A stretch of 64,000 nucleotides of DNA from Ptychomitrium polyphyllum (taxonomy: Eukaryota): NCBI GenBank assembly GCA_973851085.1, contig OZ316776.1, positions 4,588,001 through 4,652,000 on the forward strand, given 5' to 3'. A model generated the notes under the pieces. It had not been told where the DNA came from and did no database searches. It worked only from the letters and a program-made list of their open reading frames with translations. Made by a program: the position numbers and the translations under genes. Shown in pieces: positions 1 to 12,872 of this stretch (position 1 is its first letter; each line of letters opens with the position of its first letter).

Positions 1-1323
1 TCTTGCAATATTATATTATGTAGAATTAGTGAGGTGGAGCCAAATTTCTATTAAAATTTCTTTTGAAGAACTCTATTAAAATTTATTAATTCAACTAAAA
101 TATCTACTTGTGGAATAAAGGCTTTAGGTTGTTTTTTAATGAATAAAGTCATTATTAAAGTCTAATGCATTTTTGGAGCACAACAACACAATTCTTTTAA
201 TGAAGTTGTTATTGTTTAGGTATATTTTTAGTGATTGATGCAAAGAATCATGATGTTAATTGATTTGTTATTCTAAAATCTTACTTCTTTGTGTAATTCA
301 TTTGATAAATGATGCTTAAAATTGCAATGAATAATAAAGACATGTCAATTTATTTTTATTCTTGGCATGACTTTACATCTAATGCTTATGTTCACAATAA
401 GGACCAAATCAAAAAGTGTTCTTTGATACATTTTCAAGGTGATGTGTAGTATTTGAAGTGTCCATTAATAAGTACTTTAGCTCATAATAAAAGGTTCTTT
501 ATCTTTCTTTAGCACATATCAACAAGAAAAATGTTGCATAAGACTTTGTTGATGAAGAAGCTACCAATCTTGCAAATATAATTGTGCTAGAGGTGAATTA
601 GCTACTATGTCTGAAAACCACCAAGAAAAAATGCCATAGGCCATTCAAAATAGTAACATTATTTATAAACGCTACAAAAGCTACCATACAAAATGTGCTG
701 CCAAAATGCGAAAGTCTTATAATAAGTCTACTTGTAGACCTTCTTTGACTTCTAGTAGCATACAATTGGTTATTTGTTTGGCACAATAGTATGTTGAGGA
801 CTTAAAGCCGGCCTTAATTATTATCAATGAAATGATGGAGACCAAATTCTTATTATCAATAGCTTTACAAGCAACATTTGACTAAAAAAAGAAGTATAGA
901 TAAAACAAGTTTCTCATTTCTTCTTTTGCATAGGATTTTATTGCAAAGGTATTGCTCAATTAAGTTTCTTTGTTGAATTGTAATTTTTTATTGTAATCAT
1001 TCTTCCAATATTCAATTTCTATTATTTTATTTTTATTTATAAAAGATGAAAATTATAATTCATATTGTTTAAAAGTCTACTAGCTTCTTGCAACTAGAGG
1101 CCTACCATTGATCTTCTCATTACCACCATCCTTAAAAATCTCTTAGCTCCAAGTATTTTAATCCACCTTTAATTAATCTACTGTGGAATGTGCATAAGAA
1201 AGTTTGCAATGGATATTAGTTAATAAAAAAACTTTTTACAAAACTTCTTTGATCATGATGAAAATTGTTTGTATGATGATGAAAATCAATAAGCTTTAAA
1301 TAACACATTTAAAAGGTTCATTA

Positions 1324-1892
1324 TAATAGGGACACAAGAAATAATAAGCAAAAATGAAGTGTTTTTTAAGGATTAGCTTCCAAAGAGCTAATTATTAACA
1401 AGAACTCATACAAAAACTAAAGCAAGGCATGATACAATATGATCCATTACTTGTGTTGGCAAGACTAAGGTATATCTTCTCTTACCTCTTATTTATACTA
1501 TGACGCTTGTATCACCTATGATACTTCTAAAGAAGCTTCCTATGAGGCCTAAGAATGTTTTAGAAGTCTATGGAACCTTCCCAAGAAGTTTTCCAAGATG
1601 GTGGAACCATCCAAAAATACTTCTAAGGAATTAGATCCTTCCTAGGAAATTTTATGAGGTAGTGGAACCTTCCTAGGAAGCTTTTTGAGATGATGGAATC
1701 TTTCTTGGAAATTTCCTAAGGCAATGGAAGTTTCCTAAGAAGTTTTTTGAGATGGTGGAACTTTCTTCAAAAAAAATTTAGAACGTCAAAACGGCTATGG
1801 AATCATTGAAAGTATTCTAAGAAGCTATTAGAATAGACCATAAGGTTCTAGAAGATTCTAAAGACTATATTGCATGATATATGTCCATGACA
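1324..1892 (-). mobile_element. Degenerate solo-LTR-like repeat, copy 1
   Basis: Reverse-complement homologue of 2406-2929 and 57108-57616. Shared blocks include CTTGTGTTGGCAAGACT, TGATACAATATGATCCA and internal GGAACCTTCCTAGGAAG sub-repeats. On the - strand it begins TGTCATGGACAT and ends near CTTGTGTCCCTA. No coding domains. Confidence 0.65.
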
Positions 1893-2405
1893 GTTATCAT
1901 GGATATATGAGAAGAGCCGTGCCTGCATGCATATCTGTCGTGCCTTCTTCAAGAACAACATGTATGGAAAGAATTCAATTTTCTCAATTGTCAATATTAG
2001 AAGGTTTAAGTTAAGATATAAGAAAAACATTCCAACGTCAAATGCAACCTCATGTAGAAGTATTGGCAAGTCGCCTTTTACATTCCAATCTTAATTCAAA
2101 TGCTTGAGCTATAGTTATCTTGTTAGAAGTTTGAAGTGGCACTCCTATAAGACAGGAGATTATGTTTGGAGGATCTTTTGAAGGACTTAATTCTAGATCA
2201 AAACTTAGGCTGGGACATTTCAAAAACAGAAGTCTTAATTGGTGGTCATTGCCGCTTCTTGCAAGGACCAGTTGAATAAGTGGACAAAGAATAATGAGCA
2301 GAAGATGTTGCTTCTCTTTTTTGACAAATTTTGGAATTTGTGAAGATGTGACGAGCAAGCCACAAAAAGAGCTCCTCATGGGACTTGTTGCTAAAGTGGA
2401 GGTGA
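1893..2405 (+). mobile_element. Possible solo LTR of a second family between two inverted LTR copies
   Basis: About 510 bp. Starts TATCATGGATAT (TGTCATGG-like) and ends GGAGGTGACA, with higher GC than the flanks and no recognisable ORF. Confidence 0.3.
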
Positions 2406-2929
2406 CATTATGGACATAGATTATGCAACATAATCTTTAGAATCTTTTAAAACCTTTTGGTATATTATAATAGTTTCTTAGAATGCTTTCAATGTTTCCA
2501 TAGCCGTTTCCACCTCTTCGGAAAATTTCCTAGGAAGGTTCTATCACCTTAGGTTCTACTTCTTTGAAAAACTTCCTAAGAAGGTTTTATCACCTTAAGA
2601 AATTTCTAGGGAGGTTTATAATTCCTTAGAAGCTTCTTAGAAAGGTCACACCATCTTGGAAAATTTCTTTAAAAGATTCTATATATTTTTAGAATATTCT
2701 TAAGCTTTGTAGAAAGCTTCTTTAGAAGTATTCTAGGAAATACATGCATTATAATATAAATAGGAGGCAAGAAAAGATATTCTAAAGTCTTGCCAACACA
2801 AGTTCTGGATCATATTGTATCATGCCTTGCTCTAGTCTTTATATCAATTTTTATTAATCATTAGCTTTTTAGAAGCTAATTCTTGGGAAATACTTTGTCT
2901 CTACTTCTTCTTTCTTGTGATCCTTTTAG
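2406..2929 (+). mobile_element. Degenerate solo-LTR-like repeat, copy 2 (inverted relative to copy 1)
   Basis: Colinear with 57108-57616 (ATGGACAT...ATGCAACATA...TTTCCATAGCC...AGTCTTGCCAACACAAGTT...TTTCTTGTG). Reverse-complementary to 1324-1892. Confidence 0.65.
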
Positions 2930-4276
2930 ATAGTGCTCCAAAGAATATCATTTGTTATTATTCTTCATTTGCAATTTTTATTTTATCATAATAAATTCCA
3001 ATTCTTATTTGTATAAATCTTGTATTTTTGAATTGCATGCAAGCTTATGTATGGTTATTTACCTTATATTCCTTAAAGCTTGCACCATCTTTTGCCATTT
3101 TTTATTGTAGTTGGTATTAAAATTCAATGTGTGTAAGAGTTCTATTTTATTAACTTCTATATTGATGTATTGCCTTTATAATTGTGCAAAGCATGCATAT
3201 ATAGTTGCATTTTCCATCGGTTTCCTATCATTTGACAAATTAAAAAAATATGAGGTTTTTATGAGCAAGAAATTAAATATTAATTCATTTAAGTTGATAT
3301 TGAAGTGAAACATTATAGCATGGAATTTATATTGGTAGACTTTTGAAAGGGATTTGGAAAAGTAAAGGTATTTAAAAATAATTTAATTGAATCTGGTGGA
3401 AAAAACATAAGCAAGATATAAAAGTCTTAGCCTAATACATAGAAGTTTTGTATTTATTAGACAAAATCCAAGCACATCTTGACATTGTTTAAAAGATAGC
3501 ATGTATAGGTTCTTTTGACTTAGCATGTTGTCTTTTTAATCCAATTTTTAACTAAATTAAAGATGAATTTAATGTTAATTGTTTCAAATTGGATTCTTTA
3601 TAACCATGGTTTTTAACAATTTGACAATTATAAAGGTTTGAGTTTGAAATGAAATATTTTTAATGAATTTTCATTTTAGAAAAAATTCTAATTTAATGGA
3701 ATTACAATTTTCATTTTTTACCATGAGCATTTAGCAAAAAATTTGTAGTTCAAAGTACTATGATTTTAAATATGACTTAAATTGCATTTTGAACCATAGA
3801 TGAAAAATGTGTATGATTTATATATATATATATATATGATACTAGCCAAAGGTTAAAGTTGATACCATTTTGATATGTGGGTGATGCCTACTTAAGTGAT
3901 AATAGTAAATTTAGCATGCATGCACAAAAGTGCATAGAAGAGTCCTGAATCTTACAGTGTGGAATCTCATGGCAATAATTGTTGTAATGCTCCATGCAAA
4001 ACCAGAGTGAGTCACAAAGGCACCGGGTAGACACATGTTTTTAGTGAGTTTGTTTCTGTTCACAATTATGCTTTGGAATTCCTTGCCAAACTTTCTTGAC
4101 ATATGGTTCAAGAAGAAGAAGAATGGATGGATGATCCTTCTGTAAATGAAGAATCTTTTCACATATGGTTCGATATAATATCATCATGGTATTATGAAAA
4201 GCATCATCATAGGTGGTGGTTCAGAATCATTGGAATCTAATACTATGCAACTTAAATGATACAGTGTAAACACAGT

Positions 4277-4335
4277 GCACAATGCATTCAATTCGATTAT
4301 TCAGCACAATGCATTCAATTCGATTATTCAGCACA
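4277..4335. repeat. 27-bp tandem duplication
   Basis: GCACAATGCATTCAATTCGATTATTCA occurs twice in tandem, followed by a partial third copy. Confidence 0.9.
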
Positions 4336-5995
4336 TGCACAGTTGCCCAATGCTAAATTGGGTCATAGTCTGGTAATTTGGTAATCAACTGCATACTATG
4401 GTTTTCACTTGAAAGTATATGAGAAATTTGGAAATCTAGAAAGCTTAGGAGAAAATTTTAGAAAGTATATGAGATTTTATTTTAAAAAATGTATATTAGA
4501 TATAAATGTTGAACTTTTGAAATCTAAAACAGGGTGATTTTAAATCAATTGAAGAATATGTTAAGAATATATCATGAATGTTCTCTTGTGATGTAAAACA
4601 TTTCATTTACATCATAGGCCCTTCTTAATACTTTGTGTATTCAAGTAGATACCAAAGTTTGACTTCAAGATAATGACTCTCATTTTTAAGATTTGACAAT
4701 TCAAAACACAATCATTATATGCATTATGAGTTGGTCAAATCACAAGTCAATTCAAGTTTAAAAATCTAAGTTATTAGCTTACAAAAGAAAGTTAATTAAA
4801 TTTTGAAGTATTGAACCTTTTCAAAAGAACAAAGCCAAAGACTTTACATTTTATAAATTATAAAGTAGCTTCATAAACTATACAATAGTCATAGAACTAA
4901 ACCTATAATTAAAGTACTAATCTTTACTTTCAACATTGATAGTAAAAGATTTTGATTTGATAATTAAAAAGATAATACAAATTTTTTATTAAAATTATGA
5001 ATTTTTTTGTAAAATGCATTGTAAAAGAATGATATGAAATTTTTGAAGAATAAATGATATAAATAATTAATATTGTATAACATTTTCTTCAATAAATTTT
5101 CATCCATTTAATATTATCATGAAATAAAGATAAATAATTTTTCTTTTATTTGACTTAAACAATATATCCAATTCTTATCTTAAAATTTCAATGAAATTTA
5201 AATAATAATAATTTTATCTTTTAAAAAAATAATAATTCATACACTCATTCAAAAAAATATCTAATTTTGTAAGCAGTAATATATCAATGTTTTTGAAATT
5301 AATCTAATTTTATTAAAACTTTAAGTATGAATAAATATGCACCTATTCACATGTTGACAATGATAAATCATTTATATCTTTGTTTGCATGAATCTTCATT
5401 AATATAATACTAAGAATATATAAAATACCATGATTTTCATACTTAAAAAATAGATTGCTGCAATATAATATATTAGTTTGAGTTTAATTTCTAAGAATTC
5501 TGAATCTATAAATTAGTTTTTGATTAAATAATTTTTTTTAGCTTCAAATATATTTTTATGAATTTTTATTAATCTATAAAAATGATATATACCTTCATTT
5601 AATATAATGATCATATGCATCTAATTCAAAAGATACAAGTCTTTTTGCTAATCTATTTTCTATAAAATATTTTACATAAATAATTTAAATAATGATGGAA
5701 TCTAATGATTAAATCATAATTAATATTTTATAACCAATAGTACTAAAATTCATGAGATATTGTATCAATTACCAATCCATGTTAAAAAATCAAGGAAAAA
5801 GTTATTTATGCTAACTTTAAAAGACTGCTATGCTAGCCTAAATTAAAATAAGGCTAGAATGGTAAATGATTATAAAATTAGAAATATTTAATGGTGTTCT
5901 CCAATGTTGCACCAATTAATATTGAAAGCCATGATGGAAAAAACACTATTATAATGAGCATAGATGTAATCAATAATTGGAATTTATAATAAAAC

Positions 5996-6137
5996 ATATT
6001 TTTTGAATACCATAGCCTTTTAAAACATCACACACTTTAAATGTGGCATTTGTTCACGGATTGATATATTTTTTTGAATACCATGGCCTTTTAAAACATC
6101 ACATAGCTTAAATGATGCATTTGTTCACGGATTGATA
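5996..6137. repeat. ~72-bp imperfect tandem duplication
   Basis: ATATTTTTTGAATACCATRGCCTTTTAAAACATCACA...GCATTTGTTCACGGATTGATA is present twice in tandem. Confidence 0.85.
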
Positions 6138-6610
6138 CAGAAGATCACACTAACTTTTTTAATGGATCTTCTTTCCTTAAACTAGTCCTTCCATTGTTCT
6201 AGAATGCTAAGAAGTCGTTAACCAATGACCTGAGCCCTGGTACAAGAAAAATAACGACCAAGGCAATGACGAAAGTTTTATTTCTCCAGGACTCAGCCTC
6301 AATTTGGTAATCTTCGCAACCGGACGCTTGAGTTCACATGGGAACGAAGGTCCGCGCGGCACCTGTCAACTCGGTGAGCCGTGCTTTTGACGAGGTCGGT
6401 TGCTTTCTGACACAGTAAAAAATTCAAACTGGGACGAGTAATACAAGGGATTTGAAACCGTAGTACTCGTGCAGTCACTTCCAACTAAAATTTCCGCTCG
6501 GGCAGCAATTAGTGCCCGAATGCTAACAAAAATAGAGTGTGTTCGAGCATGGAGGTCGCGGTTACTAAGGCCCTAACCTGGTCACACGCGCAGTTAACCA
6601 TTTCGATATT

Positions 6611-6621
6611 TGACCGTTGGG
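6611..6621 (-). promoter_or_regulatory. MSA (mitosis-specific activator) element upstream of MYB3R copy A
   Basis: TGACCGTTGGG reads CCCAACGGTCA on the - strand, an exact match to the MSA consensus YCYAACGGYYA. The AACGG core is retained at the equivalent position upstream of copy B (~53069). Confidence 0.5.
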
Positions 6622-7337
6622 AAGCGCACGGGTTGTACGGGTGGGCGGGAGATGGAGCGTCCTCCGATAGGAAGGAGTTTCGCCCCGGAATGGGTGGGCG
6701 ACCGGTCGCGCGCAGCGAACTTTGCCAAAACAGAAGTGCCGTGGTAGAAAAGGCGCAGCCAGAAAGGAAACCAAGTTGGTTCTGCGACGACCATGCTGTT
6801 GCGCCTTCAAAACATTCCCATTCTGGTTTTTCGTTTTGGCGTGGCTTCGCGTGTGCGAGTGCATTGTAGTCACGATGATGGCGGAGGACGGCTGCGGTGC
6901 AGCATTGGAGAGGGGGAAGAGCCGGCGTTGTTGAGCGTGGGTAGAGCGTGATGGTGTGAAGGCGGACGTGGGGTGGTCGTCGATTGCTGATTTGGCCGTG
7001 CTCGTTGTTGCAACGGATTTGGGAAGGATGGAGGGAGAGCGGGCGGAGGTGGGGAGAGAGGGTTAGGAGGGCGTTGGTGCGCGGGGAGAGGCGGGTTGGG
7101 CGCGCAAATGGTTCTAGAGGTGAGGTGCAGAGGGGTGAGGAGTTTGAGAGAGGTGAAGGGCGTTGTGACTGGTGTGGAGGTTGGCGAAGGAGCGGGCACG
7201 TTTGGCCGATGCGCGAAGCGCGATGACGGGCGCGGAGCCATGGAGACGGTGGATGACCGTGCTGCCTGATGCTTTCAGGCTGTAGGAGAGGCAAGAGTTG
7301 GTCAAGGCGCGGGAGGGATTAGGGTAGCGCGGGAAGG

Positions 7338-10300
7338 ATGGCGAGCTTGATTGGGAAGGGAAGGAGCTGTTGCAGCAATGAGAATGTGCAGCAGCGGTCG
7401 TCTGCGTGCTCATCTGCCCCGGAATCGGATGAGGACTCCTCGCATAACCTTCCTCCTGTGCACGGGTACCTATGCGCACACGCCCGTACTTAGACTCTTC
7501 ACTGTCTGAATCTTCATTTGTGCTTTTTCATTCTTATTTTTACTCGTTGACCCGTTGGCCACCTTCTCCTCACTCCAGTGCACTGTAACGTACATCGGGT
7601 AGTCAAGTATGGGAATGATGCAGGGCATTTCGAAAATGTTCATTTTAGTGACTTATCACAGGGCTTCATGTCTTTTCCATTTAACTATATGTACAGGACG
7701 ATTTTGGTCTGGACTTCGATTATCTCACGAAGAATTGCCATCATAATCGTAGCAAAATGGGTTTGTTCATATTCGCACCAGAGTAAATTGGGTCTGTTCG
7801 TTGGCCAATTTCTGCTTGCATTCAGTTGGAGTGGTAGTTCAGTGCAGGCACCTGGGATGATTCTTGTATGAATTTCAAGTTTTCATGACGACTATCAATT
7901 TCGATAGATACTCTGGTTCTTCTTTGCTCTCGCCTTGGCTGTTTCGCCCTACTGTGTACCTGGCGTTGTGAAAACCCCTTTAATTTCTTTACATTATTTT
8001 GATTTTAGTTTTACTTAGATTTCCTCGTGGTCCGTGACTCAAAACTCAAAGATAATTCGATATGTTCAATCATTTCGTAGCTCGTTCAATCTCTTCGCCA
8101 TGGAATAGTTGAAGTTGAAATGCTGATCTGTTTTTATGATTCTGGTGTTCAAAGTCCGTGGCTGATATGGCTATTGTGGGGTATTGTTCTCCTACAAGCC
8201 ATTTCAGAGCCAATGTTGCTGTCTTTAGGAGGGGATCATGACTTGTAGGTCACCATTTATCTGCCTCTCTGCACTCTGCACGCATAGATATGCATGTCTA
8301 TACCTACACTGCGCCCCTGACTTGAAAATGTTTCGTAACTGCCAGACGAACAGGTGGCCCAACTCGACGATCTTCCAAAGGAGGGTGGACTCCAGAAGAG
8401 GTATGCACGCATTCACGGCAAGCGGGAGCCTTATCTCCTGTAGCAAATTTAGTGCGTTAATTCGGGGTTGATCCTGTAGCTTCCTCTCTGAAACGTGCGG
8501 TCCTGAATTTTCCATCGTCTTGTCGAAGTTGATGATTTCAAGATGATCACTGAGATCCACAAACTGCTTTCTCAATTCTTTTAGTGTGTTCTGACCAGGA
8601 CGAGACTTTGAGGCGAGCTGTACAGTGCTTCAATGGGAAGAATTGGAAGAAAATTGGTAAGTTATTGGTTGTGGATTTTCATGACTGCGGACAATTTGCA
8701 TGTTCCAGCTCTTTGGGTGATTCTAGTTCTAGCTAGAACCCATTCTGGTGGGACATAAAATGGTAAAACTGGTGTGTGCAATTGCAGCGGAGTTTTTCAC
8801 GGACCGAACAGATGTGCAGTGCTTGCATAGATGGCAGAAGGTCCTGAACCCCGACTTGGTCAAGGGTGCGTGGACCAAAGAGGAAGATGACCGCATTATG
8901 GAGCTTGTAAGCAAGTATGGAGCCAAGAAGTGGTCTTTGATTGCACAGAATCTTCCTGGAAGAATTGGCAAGCAATGTCGAGAGAGGTGCGCGCTGGAGC
9001 ACCTGCGTTGCTTTTACATGTTTTACGTCGAAATGCCATTGAAGGGTCGTTTGAAAAGTTTTAGAACTGATCCGCTGCATATTGGTTGGAGCAGATGGCA
9101 TAATCATCTTAACCCCAGCATAAAGCGGGAAGCTTGGACGCAGGAGGAGGATTTAGCATTGATCCAAGCCCATCAGTTACATGGCAACAAGTGGGCCGAA
9201 ATCGCCAAATCCCTGCCTGGCCGGTAAGGGCAATCACCTTTCATGTCATTACAGTCAGCATGCTTTTCTCATGCGCTTCGGTCCAGTTCAGGAGTTTATA
9301 CGACGGGTTCTCGCGCGTGTTCTAAAGTACCGATTTTTCGCTGAATCGGGGTTTCTGCAGCACGGACAACTCGATTAAGAATCATTGGAACAGCACCATG
9401 AAGAAGAAGGTGGACCCTTTGACTGCGAACGATCCAATCTCGAAAGCGCTGGCCGCTTATCAAGCGCAGCAGGAGGCTATGAACTCCGGGTCGGCCAGCG
9501 GGCAATTCGAGAGTGCCAGTAACGGGGGAAGGGCTGGGACACCCGTGAGCGAGGCGACGACATCTTCGGGCCCAAGCAGGCAGCACTCGAACGCTCATGG
9601 CATGGCCCGCACGTCCCAGTACGGGGTTCACGCTAGCCGGGAGCAGTCCACCGACTCCAAATCGGACGGCTCAGCCCCCCCTCATGAACAGAGAAGTGGG
9701 AGCCGTCTGCAACCGAAGAAGGAGTCTGAGAGCGCCGTGAGCGGGCAGTCACGGGGGTTCTCGGGGTGGTCTTCCGGGCAAGCTCAAGGGTACCCCGGCG
9801 GGTTTTTGGGAGTGCCTCCGCTGGGTACCTCGGCGCAGTCGAACAACATCCAGGATCAGCTCCTGTCGACAATTCAGAAGTCGAGAACTCTGTCGAACAT
9901 AGAGCTGACGAGACTTCCGTCATTTTCGAGCTCGTTCCCTCTGGTGTGCCCGGCGCCCGAGTCGAGCTCGCAAGCATATCCGAGCTCGGCAATGTCAGTT
10001 CCAGTGCCGAACCTGGGTTCGTTCTTCGCGTCAAGCCACATGTCGATGGCGCCGCTGAGCAACACGCAGGCAATGGGTTCTTTCAACGGACGAGGGGTGT
10101 GCGGAGGTGGGGAGACTCTGGCGATGATGGGATCGATGCAGCATAACCTGGAGGCCATGAGAGAGTGCGGTTATAGTCAGGCCGGCCAGGCGGAGCCTAC
10201 CGGCGAGGACTCTGGAGCCAACGTCCCCTGTGGGTCGCAGCAGGAGGAGGCCATGGAGCAGGAGGTGGCGGAGTACCGAGGCGCCCTCCATCCTGAGTAC

Positions 10301-12872
10301 CGGGATGGCAACGAGGCGGTGAACGAGTTCCAATTGGGGTCGCCCATGCTGACGGAGGAAGACCTGGAGGACAGAGCGGACGGAAGCGGAGTTCTGGAAC
10401 GTGGCGACGGGCTGTTCTACGAGCCGCCGCGAATCCTGGATTCGCCGTTCATGAGTTACGATCTGGTGAGCTCACTCCAGGCATACAGTCCGCTGGGTGT
10501 TCGGCAGATGATAATGCCCTCTGGAAACTGCATCACACCACCTACGTACCTGCAGTCACCCTTCCAAGGCAAGAGCCCGCAGTCGAAGTTGCGGAGTGCA
10601 GCGAGGAGCTTCAGCGGATCGCCTTCGATATTACGGAAGAGGCCACGGCAGCTGGTAATCCCATCGAAGATAGGGAGCACCGGGGAGAAGCTGGACGCGA
10701 AGTTCAAGGAAGTGGTGAGCAGCGCAGGAAATGCGGGTGCGTCAGGTGGTGGCGCAGGTGGTAGTTCGAAGACAGCCGAAGGAGGTTCCGAGGCGGATGC
10801 AGCTGAGAAAGCATCGAAGGCAGGAGGGTTGCAGCAAGGGTGTCAAGCGAGGACTGCATTGTTCGTGTCCCCAGCAAGCAAGTTTGGGAACAGGGGTGAT
10901 GCAGACGCTGCGCGGAGCGATGGACGACAGAACACAGAGAAGCAGTATGAGGAATGCACGACGGATAGCAAAGGTGATAGTGGAGAGGGCGGTAGCACTC
11001 CTTTCTCTGCCCGAGATGGGAGACAAGGAGCTGCGTGTGGGACTGCACCACGGGAGGCTGCGGGTGGTAAACTGAACAAGAGGGGCAGATCCCATGGGTC
11101 GAACCATGAGTGCAGCACTGGGTCTAGGCGGGAGCATGGGACACAAGCATCAAATGTAAGGATTCAGAGCGGGTGACTTTGTAGGAACTTTTGTTCGAGT
11201 AGATTGTTGTCAATGATGTATTTTGTCACTTGTATTTCCTCTGTATTGTCTTGTACTGCAGCATGGAAACGTTCGTTTTTGGCGGTGCTGTCAAATTTTG
11301 GTGCTTAGGGGTTTTCATGGATTTGTTTCTGATAGTGTCGTGGTAATACGGATTCAGCAGGAGGGTTCTGTACTTACGGAGCAGCAACAGAATGGGCAGA
11401 ATGGGCAAGGGCAACCGCGTTCTTCAGTTGACGCTAGATCCTTACACAATGGGTCAGAAAATTATGGAGGTTCTTTGGTTATAGGTAAACATGGATCTGG
11501 GGAAATAAAAGGCTTATGCGAGGGCAGCACTGTGGGTTCAGGAGAGATGGTCGAAACCCCCGTGGTCGCAAAAACTTCAGAGAGAAGGGAACTGATGTCT
11601 CCTGGGAATGCAGCGACGTTCACAGCATGGGAATCTGTAACATGTGCAATGGCTGCATGTTTCAGCCCGGGTGTGACAGTTCTCCATCAGACACCTGGAA
11701 AAGATTGGCTGCAAGATCTTGACACTGCTAACATGTTAGTGCACGTTCTAAGCTTTGTATAGGGACGGGTCATGTGCTTGTTTCGTTTGTATCAGTGTCT
11801 GCTTCAATTCATTTTTTTTGAAGTACTATGTCGTGCCCAATTGTCATATATCGTCGTTGGAGTTGGTTACGCGCTTGTCAATGTGGAGACTTTTGTGCTT
11901 TGGCAAGAATGTGGTTAGCGGGGATTGCTTCCCTCATGGTGGTTGTAAGTTTCGAACTCTTGCGTTTGCGGCCCTATTGTCACTAACATCTGTGGAGTTG
12001 TGCATGATGTCAGATTTGCTTCCCCTAGATTTACGTCACCTAGATTTACATCTCCACTCTGGAGGTCGCCATTTAGGTTAGATCCATTTCCTTCTGCTCA
12101 GAAGGAGGGAGCGCTGTCTTTTATGGATGTAAGTTTATCCTAATTATTCCTCTGTCTTCTTTGTATATGTACACTAGCAAATATGTGTTTTTCATCGTTC
12201 CTTAATGTAAAGATCTATAACTGTACATGGTGCGTTTGATAATGGCTTATGATTTTGAAGCTCGTTTATCAATAAGATGCTGTCTTCTTTTTGTTTGGAC
12301 TTAGCACTTCTGTCAAGTATGCTTGCATGGTGGCCACAAATTGATTGTTTGATGGATTATCCTGAGTAGGGCTTGGAAGTTCCTCCGGAAGATGGGGTGG
12401 ACGATGCTTTAGGCTTAATGCGGCATAATAATGAAAACAACACCCCTGCCTATAGCGAAGCAGAAGAGGTGCTGGCCAAGCAGCCGTCTGGTCAGCCAAT
12501 GCCTTCTCCACTTTCTGGATATCGGTTGCGGCCAATCTCCAGCCGGAAAGTCTACAATATGAAAGAGAATAGAAGGATCCTGACAGAGAACGATGGTGGA
12601 GGATCAACTTTTGTGAATTGGCTTCTGGTAAGTTTTTATTTAAACTGCTGGAATGAAATCCTTATTGATTTGGTTTTTCTTCTGAACTTTGCTGATGTGG
12701 ACTCTGAACGATGTGATTGCAGCCCTCTCCGGAGCATGGTATCACCAAAACACCTGTTCGTGGAGCATCAACACTTGGTTTAAATGTGGGAGCGGAGGAT
12801 TCCCATTTGTTAGGTGGGGTTGGCTGTGAGCCCTTCAGCCCATCTATGTATCTATTGAAGGAGTGTCGGTAA
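7338..12872 (+). CDS. MYB3R: R1R2R3-MYB (MYB3R, c-Myb-like) transcription factor, copy A
   Basis: Exon model: 7338-7465, 8346-8400, 8599-8656, 8788-8986, 9095-9223, 9361-11155, 11358-11734, 12014-12128, 12370-12627, 12723-12872, all GT-AG and in phase. Three MYB repeats (SSKGGWTPEED..., LVKGAWTKEED..., IKREAWTQEED...RTDNSIKNHWNS). Also the plant MYB3R motifs LFYEPP, YSPLGVRQ and LRSAARSFSGSPSILRKR, and a C-terminus SPSMYLLKECR. Confidence 0.95.

Noticed and set aside
6509..7294. 261-aa Pro/Arg-rich ORF on the - strand, and its counterparts at 52396-52872
   Set aside because: It is the antisense reading of the GC/purine-rich MYB3R leader. The frame is not preserved at full length in the paralogue and there is no domain signal.
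9633..11146. Multiple antisense or alternative-frame ORFs inside the large MYB3R exon, mirrored at 48751-50271
   Set aside because: These are shadow ORFs of a GC-rich coding exon. Their duplication only reflects the paralogue identity.
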